From Chrysemys picta bellii (Eukaryota): a stretch of DNA of 64,000 nt. The notes beneath the pieces are model-generated. The model did no database searches and was not told where the DNA came from. It saw nothing but the letters and a program-made list of their open reading frames with translations. Shown piece by piece: positions 37,298 to 51,342 of this stretch; the stretch's first letter is position 1, and every line of letters starts with the position of its first letter. Where the stretch lies: contig NC_088793.1 of assembly GCF_011386835.1 (NCBI RefSeq), forward strand, positions 172,732,001 through 172,796,000, in the 5' to 3' direction. The translations under genes were made by a program, and so were the position numbers.

Positions 37298-38808
37298 CAT
37301 AGAGACACAGCAGGGAGCAGCACTGAAATCAGCAGAGATGGCTTTGAATTGCCCTGTGTCAAATGAGGACTTCTGGCACATTCATGTTATTTGTTGATAC
37401 TTCCTTAATGGTAAAAAATTGGAATTGTAGGTTCAGATTAGGATTAAGAGGTCTAAATTTTTGGCCTACAGAACAAAAATTATTATAGGCCTGGGACAAA
37501 ATTTTCAAACACACCTACATGACTTAGGAGCCCTGGTCCTGTTTTCAAAAGTGATTTAGGCATTTAGGAGCCTAAAAATCCCATTGATTTTCAACGAAAC
37601 TTAGGCTCCTACATAGCTATACTACTTTTGAAAAAGTGATTTAGGCTGCTAAATTACATAAACCCGTCTAAAAAATTTAGCCCCCTTTACAGCTCAACCC
37701 CCCAGTCTACTACAATGTATCTAAACCAATGTTAAATCAATCTAGTTAATCTGGTTTTAGGTCCTAATGTAGATACACTTACATGGGTCTTAAATTTACC
37801 AATATTAGGGCTAACCTATTTAAGGGCATCTACATTAGAGGTTTGCAAACATTTAACCAGAACAATTATAAAATTATTTATTTAAACAGGTCAAATTTTT
37901 CTAAATCTCGACAAGCCCACAGCCTCACTCAAGACATTTCTTCCTTTGTAAACAAAAGCCAAACTGAAAATGATACAGTAATAGATGCAGCTTTCATTCC
38001 AGCCTTGAATTACCTGAACATCTCAGGACATTCAGGAAAATGACCATGAGTATAGGAAGGAAGGTCCCTGTTCCTTGATTTAAATCATCTTTCTTTTAAG
38101 GAATAAACTCTGGGATAAGCAATAGGGCTGTGAATGGGTCTAGACAGTACACAGCCATGGGTCACTAATTTAATTAAATTTCAAAGAAACTATTATACAT
38201 TTACACTGAAAACAATACTTCTTGTGCCCTCCCTCACACTAACAGCAATAAAAAAATCTCACAGAAGTTTACACCTCAATGCATGAGGAAGCAATAACAA
38301 AGTCAGTATACATCCAATAACTTTAGTCATTGACTGGATTTGTAATGGGGAGGTCATTAGTAAGACCTTAACTACCTGACAAGCTTCCATTTTAGGCAAA
38401 CAAAACAATAATTAATCTTACTCCTAATTAGACAGTTTGGTTTCCATGTGTCATGACTTTCTCAGAAAAATGGCAGCAGCCATCCGTATCTGAATCAATT
38501 TTTGCAACAAAATTAAATCCAGCTTTTCACAATAAATTAAAATATATATAAAATGAACTTCAGTCTACTGACAGTATTGGAAAGTAACACTAGTCTATAA
38601 AAAAGAAATGTGTTTTTTTGGTTTAGCACCATCTCTCTCAAAAAAATGCTCTTCTTTGCACTTTTCCTTCCAATCTACAAGAGGGACAAAAGTTTTATTT
38701 ACACACCAGTGTCATGTTGGTAACTGCTTTATATTATCCTTATTAATTTGTCTCTATTTCTGCCACTCCCATCTAAAACTAACTCTGATATGCAGCTGCA
38801 TGGATTAG

Positions 38809-38824
38809 TCAGCAGATGGCGCTG
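38809..38824 (+). promoter_or_regulatory. CTCF motif
   Basis: TCAGCAGATGGCGCTG matches the consensus at 14/16 with the core intact. Confidence 0.45.
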
Positions 38825-38857
38825 AGCACTGCAATCATCAAAAACCATGGAGTATAG

Positions 38858-39254
38858 CAATGGTTTTCAACCTGTGATCCGCGAACCCCTCAGGGTCCAC
38901 AGACTATGTCTAAGGGGTCTGCGAAAGGTGACTATGAAAATGAAGTTTCAGATCACAGAAAAGGCATTCCGTTTTTCTGATCAATCTAGGGTATGTGATT
39001 ATCTCACCTACAGGTAAAACTCGGAAGTGTTGTCATTACCATAGAAGCCCACACCTTAGCACCCCTTCTCGTACTGAGTCAAATGCCATGCCGAGCACGA
39101 GCAACATTCATAGCTGAATTCTGTTTAGTCAGTTTTCAGTCTAAGACTTCTATGGTAGTGGTCCGCGGAGCACAGGCTAAATTTCCAAAGGGGTCCATAC
39201 CTCCATTTGAAAATTTTTAGAGGTCTGCAAATGAAAAAAGGTTGAAAAACAGTA
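38858..39254. mobile_element. hAT-type MITE
   Basis: TIR-like CAATGGTTTTCAACC / GGTTGAAAAACAGT. TSD not retained. Confidence 0.6.
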
Positions 39255-39632
39255 CTAAATTATAATGCATTTGTTCTTCAAGGAGGTCATTTAATATATC
39301 AAAGAACTGTGTAAGGTTGTAGTTGTTATTGGGCATAAAACCATATACTGAAACGTACAATAAGATCATTTACCTCTGATCTCATTATTCTAGAAACACA
39401 ATGCATAACCTAAAAGAGGTACATATGGTCTCACACCAGCCCACACTTGCCACACGTGTGGGGTAACACAGACATCACTAATGTGGCAGAAAATATGGGA
39501 AAGTGCACCATAACTGTTATATGCATGTCCCAACCAACCAATCTCATAATTTGCTACTAATATGTAGACTCAAATTTCAAATATCTCATCTGGTAGAAGC
39601 AGAGTCAAAGTTAAGATTAGCTCTATCTTGAT

Positions 39633-40711
39633 ACATGCAACCTAGATGGAGCTACTATAAGGTGGGTGCATACTGGTTGGAAAACTGTTCCCACAGAGTA
39701 GTTATCAGTGGTTCACAGTCAATCTGGAAGGGCATATTGAGTGGTGTCCCGCAGGATCAGTTCTGGGTCCAATTCTGTTCAATATCTTCATCAATGATTT
39801 GGATAATGACAGAGAGAGTACACTTATAAAGTTTGCAGATGACACCAAGCTGGGAGGGATTGCAAGTGCTTTGTAGGATAGGATTAAAATTCAAAATGAT
39901 TTGGACAAACTGGAGGAATGGTCTGAAGTAAACAGGATGCAATTCAATAAGGACACATACAAAGTACTCTACTTAGGAAGGAACAATCAGTTGCACATGT
40001 ACAAAATGGGAAATTACTGTTTAGTAAAGAGTGCTGCAGAAAAGGATCTGGGGGGTCATAGTGGATCACAAGTTAAATATGAGTCAACAATGTACACTGT
40101 TACAAAAAAAGCAAATATCCTTCTGGGATGTATTAACAGGAGTGTTGCAAGCAAGACACAAGAAGTAATTCTTCTGCTCTACGTGCTGATTAGGCCTCAA
40201 CTGGAGTATTGTGTCCAGTTCTGGGCACCACATTTTAGAAAAGATGTGAACAAACTGGAGAAAGTCCATAGAAGAGCAACAAAAATGATTAAAGATCCAG
40301 AAAAGATGACCTATGAGGGAAGACTGAAAAAATTGGGTTTGTTTAGTTTGGGGAAGAGAAGATGGAGAGGGGACAATAAAAGACTTTTCAAATACATAAA
40401 AAGTTATTACAAAGAGGAGGGAGAAAAAATATTCTTAATCATTGTGGATAGAAGCAGCAGCAATGGGCTTAAATTGCAACACAGCTGGTTTAGGTTGGAC
40501 ATTAGGAAAAACTTCCTGTCAGGGTGGTAAGCAATGGAATAAATTGCCTAGGGAGGTTGTGGAATCTCCATCATTAGAGATTTTTAAGAGCAGGTTAGAC
40601 AAACACCTGTCAGGGATGGTCTAGATAATACTTAGTCCTGCCATGAATGCAGGGGACTGGACTAGATGAACTCTTGAGGTCCCCTCAAGTCCTACAATTC
40701 TATGATTCTAT
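39633..40711 (+). mobile_element. 5'-truncated CR1 LINE
   Basis: KFADDTKL motif, 209-aa open ORF2 segment (39901-40530) and (ATTCTATG)-type tail ending at 40711. Confidence 0.9.
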
Positions 40712-42894
40712 ACAGAGACACACACTCCCCACTACTGTACTCTTTGGTAGGGAAAAACGGGATCAGTTTGAACCTTATATGAACCTTCAGGAATAGCTAT
40801 CATGCCATGAATAGCCTCCTTGGATATATTACATTAATCGAACATTAAAGGAGAAGCTGTCCTGTTAAAGAGTTCCAGCACTGCCTCTTCACAGGATACT
40901 TAAATATGTCCACAAAAAAAGTAAACTCAGAGCAGGTGATTGTGCAAAATGCTGGTACTAGTGATGTTCACAAAAAAAGAAGGTAGGGATGGTGGTTGGC
41001 ATTGCCAGCACCAAACAGCCAGATTTCTGACAATTAGAAAAAATAATAAAGAAGAGGGATTTCAGTATGGTGACTTTTGTATAACCATGGTAGATAGGCA
41101 CAGTATTCTAATAAATGGGAAATCCTGTTGACATTCTTTCCATTTAGGCTTCTATTGGCAAAATGACATCAATTATATGTCTTACAGGGTCAGCAAGAAA
41201 TGCTAGACGTTGCAGCTATATCAATCTCCAGGGAATAATACATTGGGTTTTAGAGCTGGAGCAAGGCTTGATGAACTAAACAAAACAGATGTCTCTTTAA
41301 ACTGAAAATATAAGAAGCCATAATCACTCACGTTAACTAGTGTTTTTGGAGAAGAAGAAACATTACAAGGTTTAACAATAAGCTTTAAAAGCTTTCATTG
41401 CAGGACCTGAAAAATCACAAAATGTATGAAAACAGAATGCTTGCCACCCATTTCTCATTCTGATCTATACAGAAATTAAACTTTCATGCTCAATTACTTT
41501 CATTTCCATTGTAAGATATGATGCCAAAGAAACAGGATTAGTCAAAATAATGTAAGATACCATCGAAGATCTATGGAATAAGATTCAAGCTTAGTTAAAG
41601 CTAATAATAGTCTTTGAGCTTTTTTTGTAAACTAATAAACATAGTACAAATGAGCAAACTGAGGCAGAGAGAACATAAGGGACCTGTGATGATTTGGGGA
41701 ATCTATATACAATTTATGAATTCTAGTTGCTATTATGAAGTAATTGCTGTATTATGGAATGCCTCTATATGTGTATCCATCATGGTCAGGTAGGACCTAG
41801 CACATACGCAGCCCTAGGGACAGTGGCGAGTACTTAACTTTAGTGATTGTGCTTTAGTTACCAGGCAATAGACATGTTAAGAAGGTTTGCTGGACCTGAG
41901 AGAAGATAGTTTCTATTTGTATGCAGGGGAAGGGGAAGAGAAGAGAGTGGAAAGTTAGAAGCAGCAAGACGAAGGGACAGAGGCAACAAAGGAGGAGTTT
42001 TAAAAGGAATCACAGAAGGAAGACTCAGACATACACATAGGAAGCATGGGGCAGAAGAGGAGAAGGGGATGGATGGATGGCCCCATATGACTCCGACCCC
42101 AGCCCATCAAATGCTTTTGTATTGGTGAGGAAACTTCTGGGAGAAGGTATTTTGAAGCTACAGGGGGAGTCTGAGCAGTCAGCACTGGTCTAGGGGCTGG
42201 GCAGGGGGCCACATGGTCACAGCTTTCAGGAGAAGGTGCCAGACCAAAGATTCACACTCTAAAAATGTGTCCAGAGGCCCTAACACAGCAACAGTGGCTA
42301 GGCTCCATTCAGACTCTGTGTGCTTAAAACACTGCAGGTTCAGCAGCAGGCTCCCTTCACAGCAGTCTGGGAAGTGAGCACGTGAGGGGGCTCTTCCCAG
42401 GGTCCCACCAATGAATCAGTAGCTAAGACAGGAACAGAGCCCAGGAGCATTGTTTCCCAATCCCCTGCCATCTCATGTTAGAGTATTTTGGCTGTACTGC
42501 CCTGGGGTCTAAGTAGCCTCTTCCATTCCTTATCTCCAGTTATGATTTAATATAAATGGATCAGGATTTCCAAAATTACTACTTATACCAGAGCCAGTCT
42601 GACTCATGACAGGAAGAACCATCTCTAAGTACTGTAGCAGTCTATCCTAAAAAAACACCTAACTATATTCACATTATACCAAGAAATGTAAAAAATAAAA
42701 AATGTGGGTGTTAAACCTCCATAATTGACCATTTTCTTCTACAGTATGTGATGTCACACTGTGATAAGAGATGTGAGAGTCACTTTACAATTATTAAGCA
42801 TTAAAGCACTGCCCTTTGTGCTGAAAAGGGAAATATTTTCTTCTCTCAAATACCCAGTAATGTCCAAGTCAACAGAAAAATTATCAAACTGTAC

Positions 42895-43026
42895 CTGTTT
42901 TGTTACAGATATTGCTTTGAGACTGGGCCACCCTTATGACATCAGCAGCTGTATCCCTTACTATCAGCTCTTCACTCTGCAACAGCAGAACTACGCATTT
43001 CCACATGGCGAGTGTACTGGAGAGAC
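42895..43026 (-). CDS. THADA: THADA exon (132 bp)
   Basis: (G)LSSTLAMWKCVVLLLQSEELIVRDTAADVIRVAQSQSNICNKT(E) matches recalled TLALWKCVLTLLQSEEQAVRDAA. ttcag| and |gtacag, phase 1 to 1. Confidence 0.93.
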
Positions 43027-43875
43027 CTGAACATTTACAAAGAGGCAAGGCATTTAGAATTTTGCTTCTTACAGATAAATCAGAACAGTTACAGAAATAT
43101 TTATTCTCACATCTAAAAATGACAAAATTTAATGAAACACGCACAAAAAAAGGGGGTGAAGGGGAGAAAAGAGGAGGACTTGTGGCAATGCTGTTTGCTC
43201 TATAATGCTGAAGTCTGAACAGCCAACCTATTTTTCCCATCTTTTCTTCTCTTTTATCTCCCCTTGATGGTTGGCCGTGTCTGGTCCTAGGAGTAGGTAG
43301 CTGGTGAGAGGGAAGACCATCTTCAGCATCAAGCCAATACTGGGATACTCTTGGGTAACCACTAATGCTCTGAAATTTTTGCAGTTCCTGTGAGTGTGGA
43401 ATTCTTGCTGGGCATTAGTAGAGTGCTGCTAATGTGCAGGTGAGGATCCAACAGGTCCTTGAAGTAATGACTTTTGGCTGGAGGTTCTGTCTGGAGGTGT
43501 CTGGGGAACAGCAGTATGTTGGGTTGACACTAAGTGGCTGTATTAAGAAAGCTTGCTTGATCGTACTGCTCTCTGGAGCACCTCAGCTGAATGTATTGCT
43601 CAGGTTGTGAATATCATTGATGATAAAGAGAATATACTAGGACTTCTCTTGAAAAAATGACTAGCTGCTGACCACGCCATATCACAGATTACACTCTGGA
43701 GATTGGGGAGCAATGCAGTGGTTGCCTAGGTTTATTTCTACCACATTGCTGTAGGGGAAAGCACTTTTCTGTCAGGTTCTCCCTCAGAGGTTTGTGTGAT
43801 GGAGGTTTAGGTGGAGAGTTAAGCCCATGTTATTGCTTGCACGTAGTGGGAGATTCTTAGGTCTTCTGTACCCAG

Positions 43876-44660
43876 TAGTGTTGCCAACACTCCAGGTTTT
43901 GCCAGGAGTCTCTCGGAATCAGGTTAGCGCAGCGGGGCTAAGGCAGGCTACCTGCCTGCTCTGGCCCTGTGCCTCTCCCGGAAGTGGCTAGCATGTCCCT
44001 GCGGCCACTGGGGGGAGAAGGGGGCTCCATTCGCTGCCCCCACCCCAAGCACCAACTGCACAGCTCCCATTGGCCAGGAACTGCGGCCAATGGGAGCTGA
44101 GGGGGTGGTGCCTGCAGGCAGGGGCAGGATGCGGCGCCTCCTGGCCCCTCCCCCAGGGGCCGCAGGGACATGCTGGCTGTTTCCGGGAGACACGCGGGGC
44201 CAGAGCAGGCAGGGAGTCTGCCTTAGCCTCACTGCACCGCCAACCAGGAACCGCCCAAGGTAAGTGCCGCCCGGCCGGAGCCTGCACCCCAACCCCCTGC
44301 CCCAGCCCTGAGTCCCCTCCCAGAGCCAGCACCCCAAACCCCCTCCTACACCCCAACCCCTCCCCCAGCCCTGAGTCCCCTCTCGCACCCAAACTCCCTC
44401 CCAGAGCCTGCACCCCGCACCCCAACCCTCTGCCCCAGGCTCAGCCGGGAGCCCCCTCCCACACTCTGAACCTCTCGGCTCCAGCCCAGAGCCCGCACCC
44501 CAACTCCCTGGCCCAGCCAGGTGAAAGTGAGTGAAGGTGGGGGAGAGCGTGCGACAGAGGAAGGGGGGATGGAGTGAGTGGGCCTGGCTTTGGTGAAGGG
44601 GCAGGGCCTCGGGGAAGGGGTGAGGCAGGGCAAGGGTATTTGGGTTTGTGTGATTAGACA
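43876..44660. mobile_element. GC-rich non-autonomous hAT element, right end truncated
   Basis: Starts TAGTGTTGCCAAC, has the cagctcccattggcc core and (cccaaccccctgccccagccctgag)-type internal repeats. Confidence 0.65.
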
Positions 44661-45526
44661 GGGAAACTGGCTGTGATACTGTATCAGAATAATTATTCTA
44701 GTATAGCTATTTCAGTATAGCTTCCCTCGCATACATACACTTGGAGACTCTATTTCAGAATAATAACTCCACTTTAATAACTCTAGAATCAAGGCACTTT
44801 TATTCTGGAATAGTTTCCACACAAGGGGGCGGGGGAAACGCATTGCACCAGAACAGCTATAGTTGAATGATTATTCTGCTATAACTATGCCAGCCAATTT
44901 CCCTGTGTAAACAACTTCTTACAGTGTTCTCAAAAGAGATGTGGCAAAACTGAAAATGGTCTCTCTGGAAAGGCTTCTTTTCTTGACTCCTCAGGCAACA
45001 CTAAGCAAAGGCAGAGAGGAGAGTCCCGATCATTCCCTTGAGTACTACAATCAGTTTCCCTCTAAGAAATATTTTCTTGTATTTATTTCTCTGATTGGCT
45101 GAAGTTGTTTATTATTAGCTTTTTTTTAACATCTATCTTAGAACATCAGCCATTGAACAAACTGATAGTAGAATCAGGAATAAATTGCCAACCTCTCCTT
45201 TACACAAGTTTCACACAAGCGCAGCTCCACAATCTTCAAGAGAGTGGCTCCTGATTGACACCTGTGTAACTAACAGCAGAATCAGGCCCTTTACTTGGTA
45301 TCATTTTTGTGTGTGATACATTTAGTGTTTGTGAAAGATGCCAGACTGCCCGCTCTCTAGAAAACATTCAGGATGAACAGACGCTCCTCCTGTCTTAACT
45401 CAGGCCTGCTTGGGCCCTCTTCTTGGGGAGAAATGCTAGGTCAGAATGCCTACTCTTCAGGCCTTGGCCTCGTTGATAAGACTATCAACCAGGGTGCCAA
45501 TTAATGCCAATTTTGGCTTCAAGTGG

Positions 45527-45680
45527 GACATATCTGCCAGAAAAGGACTGGAATTACTGATTCATTTCACATTGCTACTTAACAGACACCAGATAGGAAA
45601 ATTTTGATCACTGCTAACTGTAGCCCAGTTCCTACCAGTGACAGAGATGAAAACTTCAATATTCCAGTACCAGTCATTCA
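45527..45680 (-). mobile_element. LF-SINE-like remnant
   Basis: actgattcatttcacat...acagacaccagat...accagtgacagagatgaaa resembles the reverse complement of the LF-SINE core. Confidence 0.5.
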
Positions 45681-47432
45681 AACACCCCAGTCTCCCTCAT
45701 TTTATATTAGCTCTAACTTTGGTTCTAGGAGTCAAGATTTCCAAATGTGATAATCTCAGGCACAATACATAAATGCTGCATCTACCTGGTACCAAAGGAT
45801 TAGCATAGATTTAGCCTAGCTAAATGGTATCAATACCATTTAACAGACACGTTTCCAAACAAATAGTTTATTGTCTCATTTTTAGCTCGTCCGACATCTC
45901 AGAAAACAAGATATGTTCATTTTATATATTAAGCAAAAATATGTTAATTTCTATTCTCACTTTCTTTCAAAATTAATGTACCTTGAAAGTCTATGAGTCA
46001 ATGCAAAGTTGGCATTACATCAAAGCTAAGCTTTCAAAGGCTCTGTATATGTTATCAAACATATGGAATACATATACTCTTCATATGTTCTTAATGGGTT
46101 GAGTAAGTTTGTTTATTATCTGATCAAACCCCACCATCCAGCTCTCACATCATTTTATTATGTTGTATATTATGTTAAACAATTTAACAGCCAGAGTCTA
46201 AAAGTTTCCGGTTAGGCCAAGGCAAGAGATGACATACTACAACTAGCTAGGATACCCACACACTTCATGTTGAGGATCCAAGCTGATTGTTTGAGAAGGT
46301 CAAGGTGGAATTTCTTTCTCCCACCTCCTATGCACAACACTGCACAGATGACTAGACACATTATGGAAATTTATCACTTTCATCTGAACCACGAGCTACT
46401 GGTCACTGGTGGAGGCTGCATGCCGGACCCACATTCTGCACCAGTATGATAACGCCTATGTCCTTATAGGTAAATTAAAAAGTGAGAGAAATAGCAGTGT
46501 AAGTAACTTAAATGCTGAGGGGCGGGAGGGTGGAACTGTACCAGGAAAAACAACTAAAAGAAGTCTTTAAGAAGGTGTACAATAAAGTAGGGGCTAGAGG
46601 GACAAAGGGCAAAAAACAGGATTCAAGACACTGCCTGGCTCACAGAAGTGGCAATGGGATATAGAGTGTCAACTAAGAATCATTTATTCAAATCCATTTC
46701 AGCAGCAAGTGAAAATAGCTATCATCTGAAGGCTGCTTCACGACTTGAGTAAAAGGAGTTGATGGTATAAATCCAGTTCTAAGGACACCTGTGTTCACAG
46801 CACACAAAACTCACCACCATGAAAGTTGGCAGCACTGCTGGAAATCTAAGCAGAAAGGCCAAAGAAAGTCTGGGCATGGAGATCAGATTCACCTCTCACC
46901 CACCTCACTTTGGCTTGTTTGTGAGAGAAAATTGGCAATGCCACTATTTATGCTGTGTCTGTTTTGTGTATCACTAAAGAATATAGATTTTCAGGACTGT
47001 CAGTGTGGCACCCTTTTCTGTAAGCACTAACTTCACTCTCTCCCAACCATTTATTTATTTAAAGAACTTTGAAGCCAAGCCAGACCAATACAATCTTCAT
47101 TGCATATCCCCGCCATCCTGTTGTAGACACGCGATCAGGGATGATAGCTTTTAGATGACAGACTAATGTGCAATGGATAAATATCTATTTTATAGATCCT
47201 TAACTAGAGCTGGGCAAAAATTTTTGGATGAAGAGTTTATTTATAGAAATATGCAGTTTGGGGTCATCCAAAAATGATTTGTAAATTCACTGCCTTATAG
47301 CATTGTGATTATAGCACTCCCTGGAGATGTGGGAGATCCAGGTTTAAGTCCCTATTCTGCCTGATTTGGAGTAAGGATTTGAACTTGTGTCTTCAATATT
47401 GCAGGGGACTACCCTAACCACTGGGCTTTGGG

Positions 47433-48479
47433 TAACACTATGTTTTAGTCACAGGTATTTTTAGTAAAAGTCATGGTTAGGGCACGGGCAATATACAAAA
47501 ATTAATGGCCTGTGACCTGTCCATGACTTTTACTAAAAATATCCATGACTAAAACTTGCGGGGGGGAAGAGGGTGGCACTGTCAATGGATGCCACTGGTG
47601 CTAATGGAGGGTGGCCTGAGTGCTGGAGGGGGGCGGGCAGTGGCGTGCGGATCGGGACCGACGCTGGTGCTGGGGGAGGGGGTTGGTGGGGCTGGCAGGC
47701 TCCCTACCTGGCTCCTTGCCTCTCCCCACGCCCCAGCAGCAGCAGAGTTTGGGTGTGGGAGCGGGTAGGGGCACGGGACGGGGTGAGGTGGGCTTTGTGG
47801 CAGTCTTGGGCCACCGCCCCCACCCCCTGCAGCAGAGTTTGGGTGTGGGAGGGGTTTGGGGTTGGGGAATGGGACGGGCTCTGGGCGGCGCTTACCTGGG
47901 GGACTCCCTGGAAGCGGCAACATCCCCCTCGCTCAGCTGCTAGGTGGAGGCGTGGCCAGGCAGCTCTGCGTGTTGCCTCCGTCCAGACCATGGCTTTGCA
48001 GCTCCCATTGGCCGGGAACCACAGCCAATGGGAGCTGAGGGGAGGTGCCTGCAGGCGGAGGCAGTGCGCAGAGCTGCCTGGCCACACCTCCACCTAGCAG
48101 GTGAGCGAGGGGAATGTCGCCTCTTCCAGGAAGCCTCCCAGGTAAGCGCCACCCAGAGCCCGTCCCATTCCCCAGCCCCCTACCCCCTCCCACACCCAAA
48201 CTCAGCTGCAGGGGGTGGCGGCGGTGGCCCAAGACTGCCACAGAGCCCACCTCGCCACAGAGCCCACCTCACCCCGTCCCGTGCCCCTACCCGCTCCCAC
48301 ACCCAAACTCTGCTGCAGGGGGTGGGAGCGGTCGCCCAAGACCGCCCCAGCCGCGGCCAGTGCACCTGGCACAGGGGCTGCCTGAGCTGCCCGAGCTAGG
48401 TGCACCAGCCACTGCAGCAGTCACAGAGGTCACGGAAAGTCACGGAATCCATGACTTCCATGACAAACTTGCAGCCTTC
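47433..48479. mobile_element. Non-autonomous hAT element with long internal inverted repeat
   Basis: 8-bp TSD gctttggg / gctatggg, subterminal (gtcatgg/ccatgac) repeats. Inserted into an older repeat. Confidence 0.75.
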
Positions 48480-49388
48480 GCTATGGGATATTGTGGGGTG
48501 GATCTCTCTCAATCTCTCCCATTGAAGCTGTTCCACTTTCCATGCTAAATATTCAGGGACTGGAGCAGGAGCTGGAACCTGGATGTCCCCCCTCCCAGGT
48601 AATCACCCTAATCAACATGCTAGAGAGTCATTCTCTTCTCTCTTTCTACATGGTAACAACAGTATTTTATAGGAGGAACCAAATATGGGGCAAAAGCAAA
48701 AATATTTTCAGAGATGTTCATGCACTAATTTGTGGGCTCAAAACTTTTCCAGCTACTTTAATACAACCAGATAAATAAAGTAGCAAAGGAATGGCTGACG
48801 TTGCAGGCTTCTCCATGCTCACAGATTCCTAAAGTGAAATCCTGATCCAATGAAGTCAATGGAAATCTTACCATTGACTTCAGTGAGGCCAGGATTCCAC
48901 CCATAGATTTTCATGGTCAGAAGGGATTTCCTGATTAACACAAACGATAGAACTTCATCTAGTAATTCCTGCTTTGAATGCTATAACCTGTGGTTGAACT
49001 AGAGCATATTTTTAAAAAAGACATCCAATCTTGATTTCAAAATTTCAAGTAATGGAAAATTCACATCTCTTTGTAAGGTGTGCCGGTGGTTAACTGAATT
49101 TTCACAGTTTCAACTTTCAGCCATGTCTTTTTCTGCTACACTAAAGAGCCCTCTAGTAAATTATTGTTCCACATTAATTCAGTAAGCTGAAACACGCAAT
49201 CAGTGGTTCCAATATTGAAAGGGTCAATTTAAAGTGCATGATACCCTTTTAAGTCTTTCAAAATAACTGATTGACATGATTAAAACACATTCAATATATA
49301 AAATATCATGTGCTGTTGAGTTTCATTTATTCCAGTCTCTAAAGTGTTCCATGAGAATACTGGTGCTTAATCCTAGAAATTTACTCAC

Positions 49389-49533
49389 CAAGGATAAGTT
49401 TCTGATTGGTCAGGAAAAGTGGTGTAATATTTATGAGGACTTCTGCAGCTGCCAATCGTATATCTGTTTGTTCCTCATCTCCACAACAAGAAGTTACTAA
49501 CTGAATCCACTGTCTCATTTCGGATTCTATAAT
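49389..49533 (-). CDS. THADA: THADA exon (145 bp)
   Basis: IIESEMRQWIQLVTSCCGDEEQTDIRLAAAEVLINITPLFLTNQKLIL(G). tgctttcag| and |gtgagt, phase 0 to 1. Not in the ORF track. Confidence 0.93.
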
Positions 49534-49955
49534 CTGAAAGCACAGAAATGCATGTGAGTATTTTATAATACAATTTAGAACGGATTCTGGATAACACTAA
49601 ACCACAAACTGTTAAATTAACTTTTTTCTAAAGCAGCAGTCCAAGTCCTCCCTGCCAATAATGAGCCATTGAATGCAAATCAAATAAAAAGAACAACTTA
49701 AATAGATGCAAATCACTCATCATGCTTTAGTAATGAATATAAAATACTCCATATATAGGTAACAGTTTTAAGACTCCATGATTTACACTGATTATCATAG
49801 CAATTCTTGTCAGCATTGCTATAGGTTGGGTTGTGCCAACAGTTCCACTATAAGCTTCTTTTTTCAAGGTTCATCATAAATTTCATTGTAACAATATATT
49901 CCAGATTTAAACTTGGCAAACTCCTGTGAAATGAGGTTTACACAGTTATTTAATA

Positions 49956-50143
49956 CACCTCTACCTCGATATAACGCTGTCCTTGGGAGCCAAAAAATCT
50001 TAGTGTGTTATCAGTGAACCTGCGTTATATCGAACTTGCTTTGATCCACCGGAGTGCGCAGCCCCACCCCCCCGGAGCACTGCTTTACTGCATTATATCC
50101 GAATTTGTGTTATATCAGGTCGCATTATATCGAGGTAGAAGTG
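49956..50143. mobile_element. Tc1/mariner-pogo type MITE (188 bp)
   Basis: TIRs CACCTCTACCTCGATATAA / TTATATCGAGGTAGAAGTG with TA flanks. Sister of 5909-6096. Confidence 0.85.
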
Positions 50144-51269
50144 TATTTCAAAATCTGAAAAATGTACATTCTGCCATTTTTTAAGCTAAGAGGATGCAAA
50201 AAATAAGTAATTGTTTCAATTCTACTTTTTTTTTTTTAAATGAGACACTGCAGGCCATTAGCACACAGTGTAGACCACTTCTGCCGGGTATTCTGGTATA
50301 TTTTTGAAAAGTTTTCCATTTAGAAAAGCAATTACTGTACATGGAACATTTTTACAATGAAAAAATGGTGGTATTTCAATACGTTTTAAAAATAACCCAA
50401 AATCTATATCTATCTATTTATCTGCACATGTATTTACACGCATGGACATCTGACAGACATTAATATCTCCAATAACACTGTTCTTTATATATTAATGGAT
50501 TTGCAAATTACCAATTCAAAATGGAAGTAAATCTTCTGGGTTAATAATCTGTATTTGTATAGTCTACAGTTTACAAATTTAAAATATTTACAAGGGCAGA
50601 TAACATTATGAGTTACCTCTCTCTAATATTTTAAACACCAATATTAAAAGGCAATTAAGTCTGCATCTCTGTACATAGCTTCACCTGCTGTTCCTACAAT
50701 ATGACTCAAGGTCTTAGGCATACAGCAGGTGATATTGCATATGCTGGGGATGGAAAGGGCAGCAGTCAAAGCTTTGCATTTCCTTTTTTCCCCTAAGTTT
50801 GAGTCTCAATATTCATTTCCCAGAAATACAATATACTTTGAGCTACGTGGATGATTACTGGATTCATGTTATGGATATGCATGTTAATTATTTTTTTTCT
50901 CTCCAAGGCAGAGTGACTATTAATGAGGACAATAAATTGACCATAAAAGGAGAAATCAGAAGTCAGATGCACATTGAATCCACTAGCACTTAAAAGATGT
51001 GTTTTATGTATTCAAATTCAAGTTACTGAGAGACTGAAATATTAAAATGATGCTGATATGGCTTCCAGTTCATAATGTGGAAGTGTGTACAGAGGGAGAG
51101 ACACACTAACATAACAAAGAGCAACTAACACGACAGGCACAATTAAACCAAAAGGGCGTTAAAGGGATTTCTGTCTAAGAAAAACCATTCATCCCTTCTA
51201 TCACAATAAAACAAACTAACAAAACATTAAAAAGCAATATGCTTGGGATTGAGAAACAAATCTCCTTAC

Positions 51270-51342
51270 CTCTTGGCAATTCTGTACAAGATGGGTGACC
51301 AGCTTTGAGGCTAATTTGAGAGCTACACTTTGAACTTTAATG
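51270..51342 (-). CDS. THADA: THADA exon (73 bp)
   Basis: (S)IKVQSVALKLASKLVTHLVQNCQE matches recalled EIQSVALRLASKV. tttttacag| and |gtaagg, phase 2 to 0. Confidence 0.92.

Noticed and set aside
39901-40530. 209-aa ORF as a host gene
   Set aside because: It is CR1 ORF2 from a 5'-truncated copy with upstream frameshifts.
43290-43860. Possible ancient LINE RT (ILFIINDI-like motif on minus strand)
   Set aside because: One weak motif only, which I cannot support.
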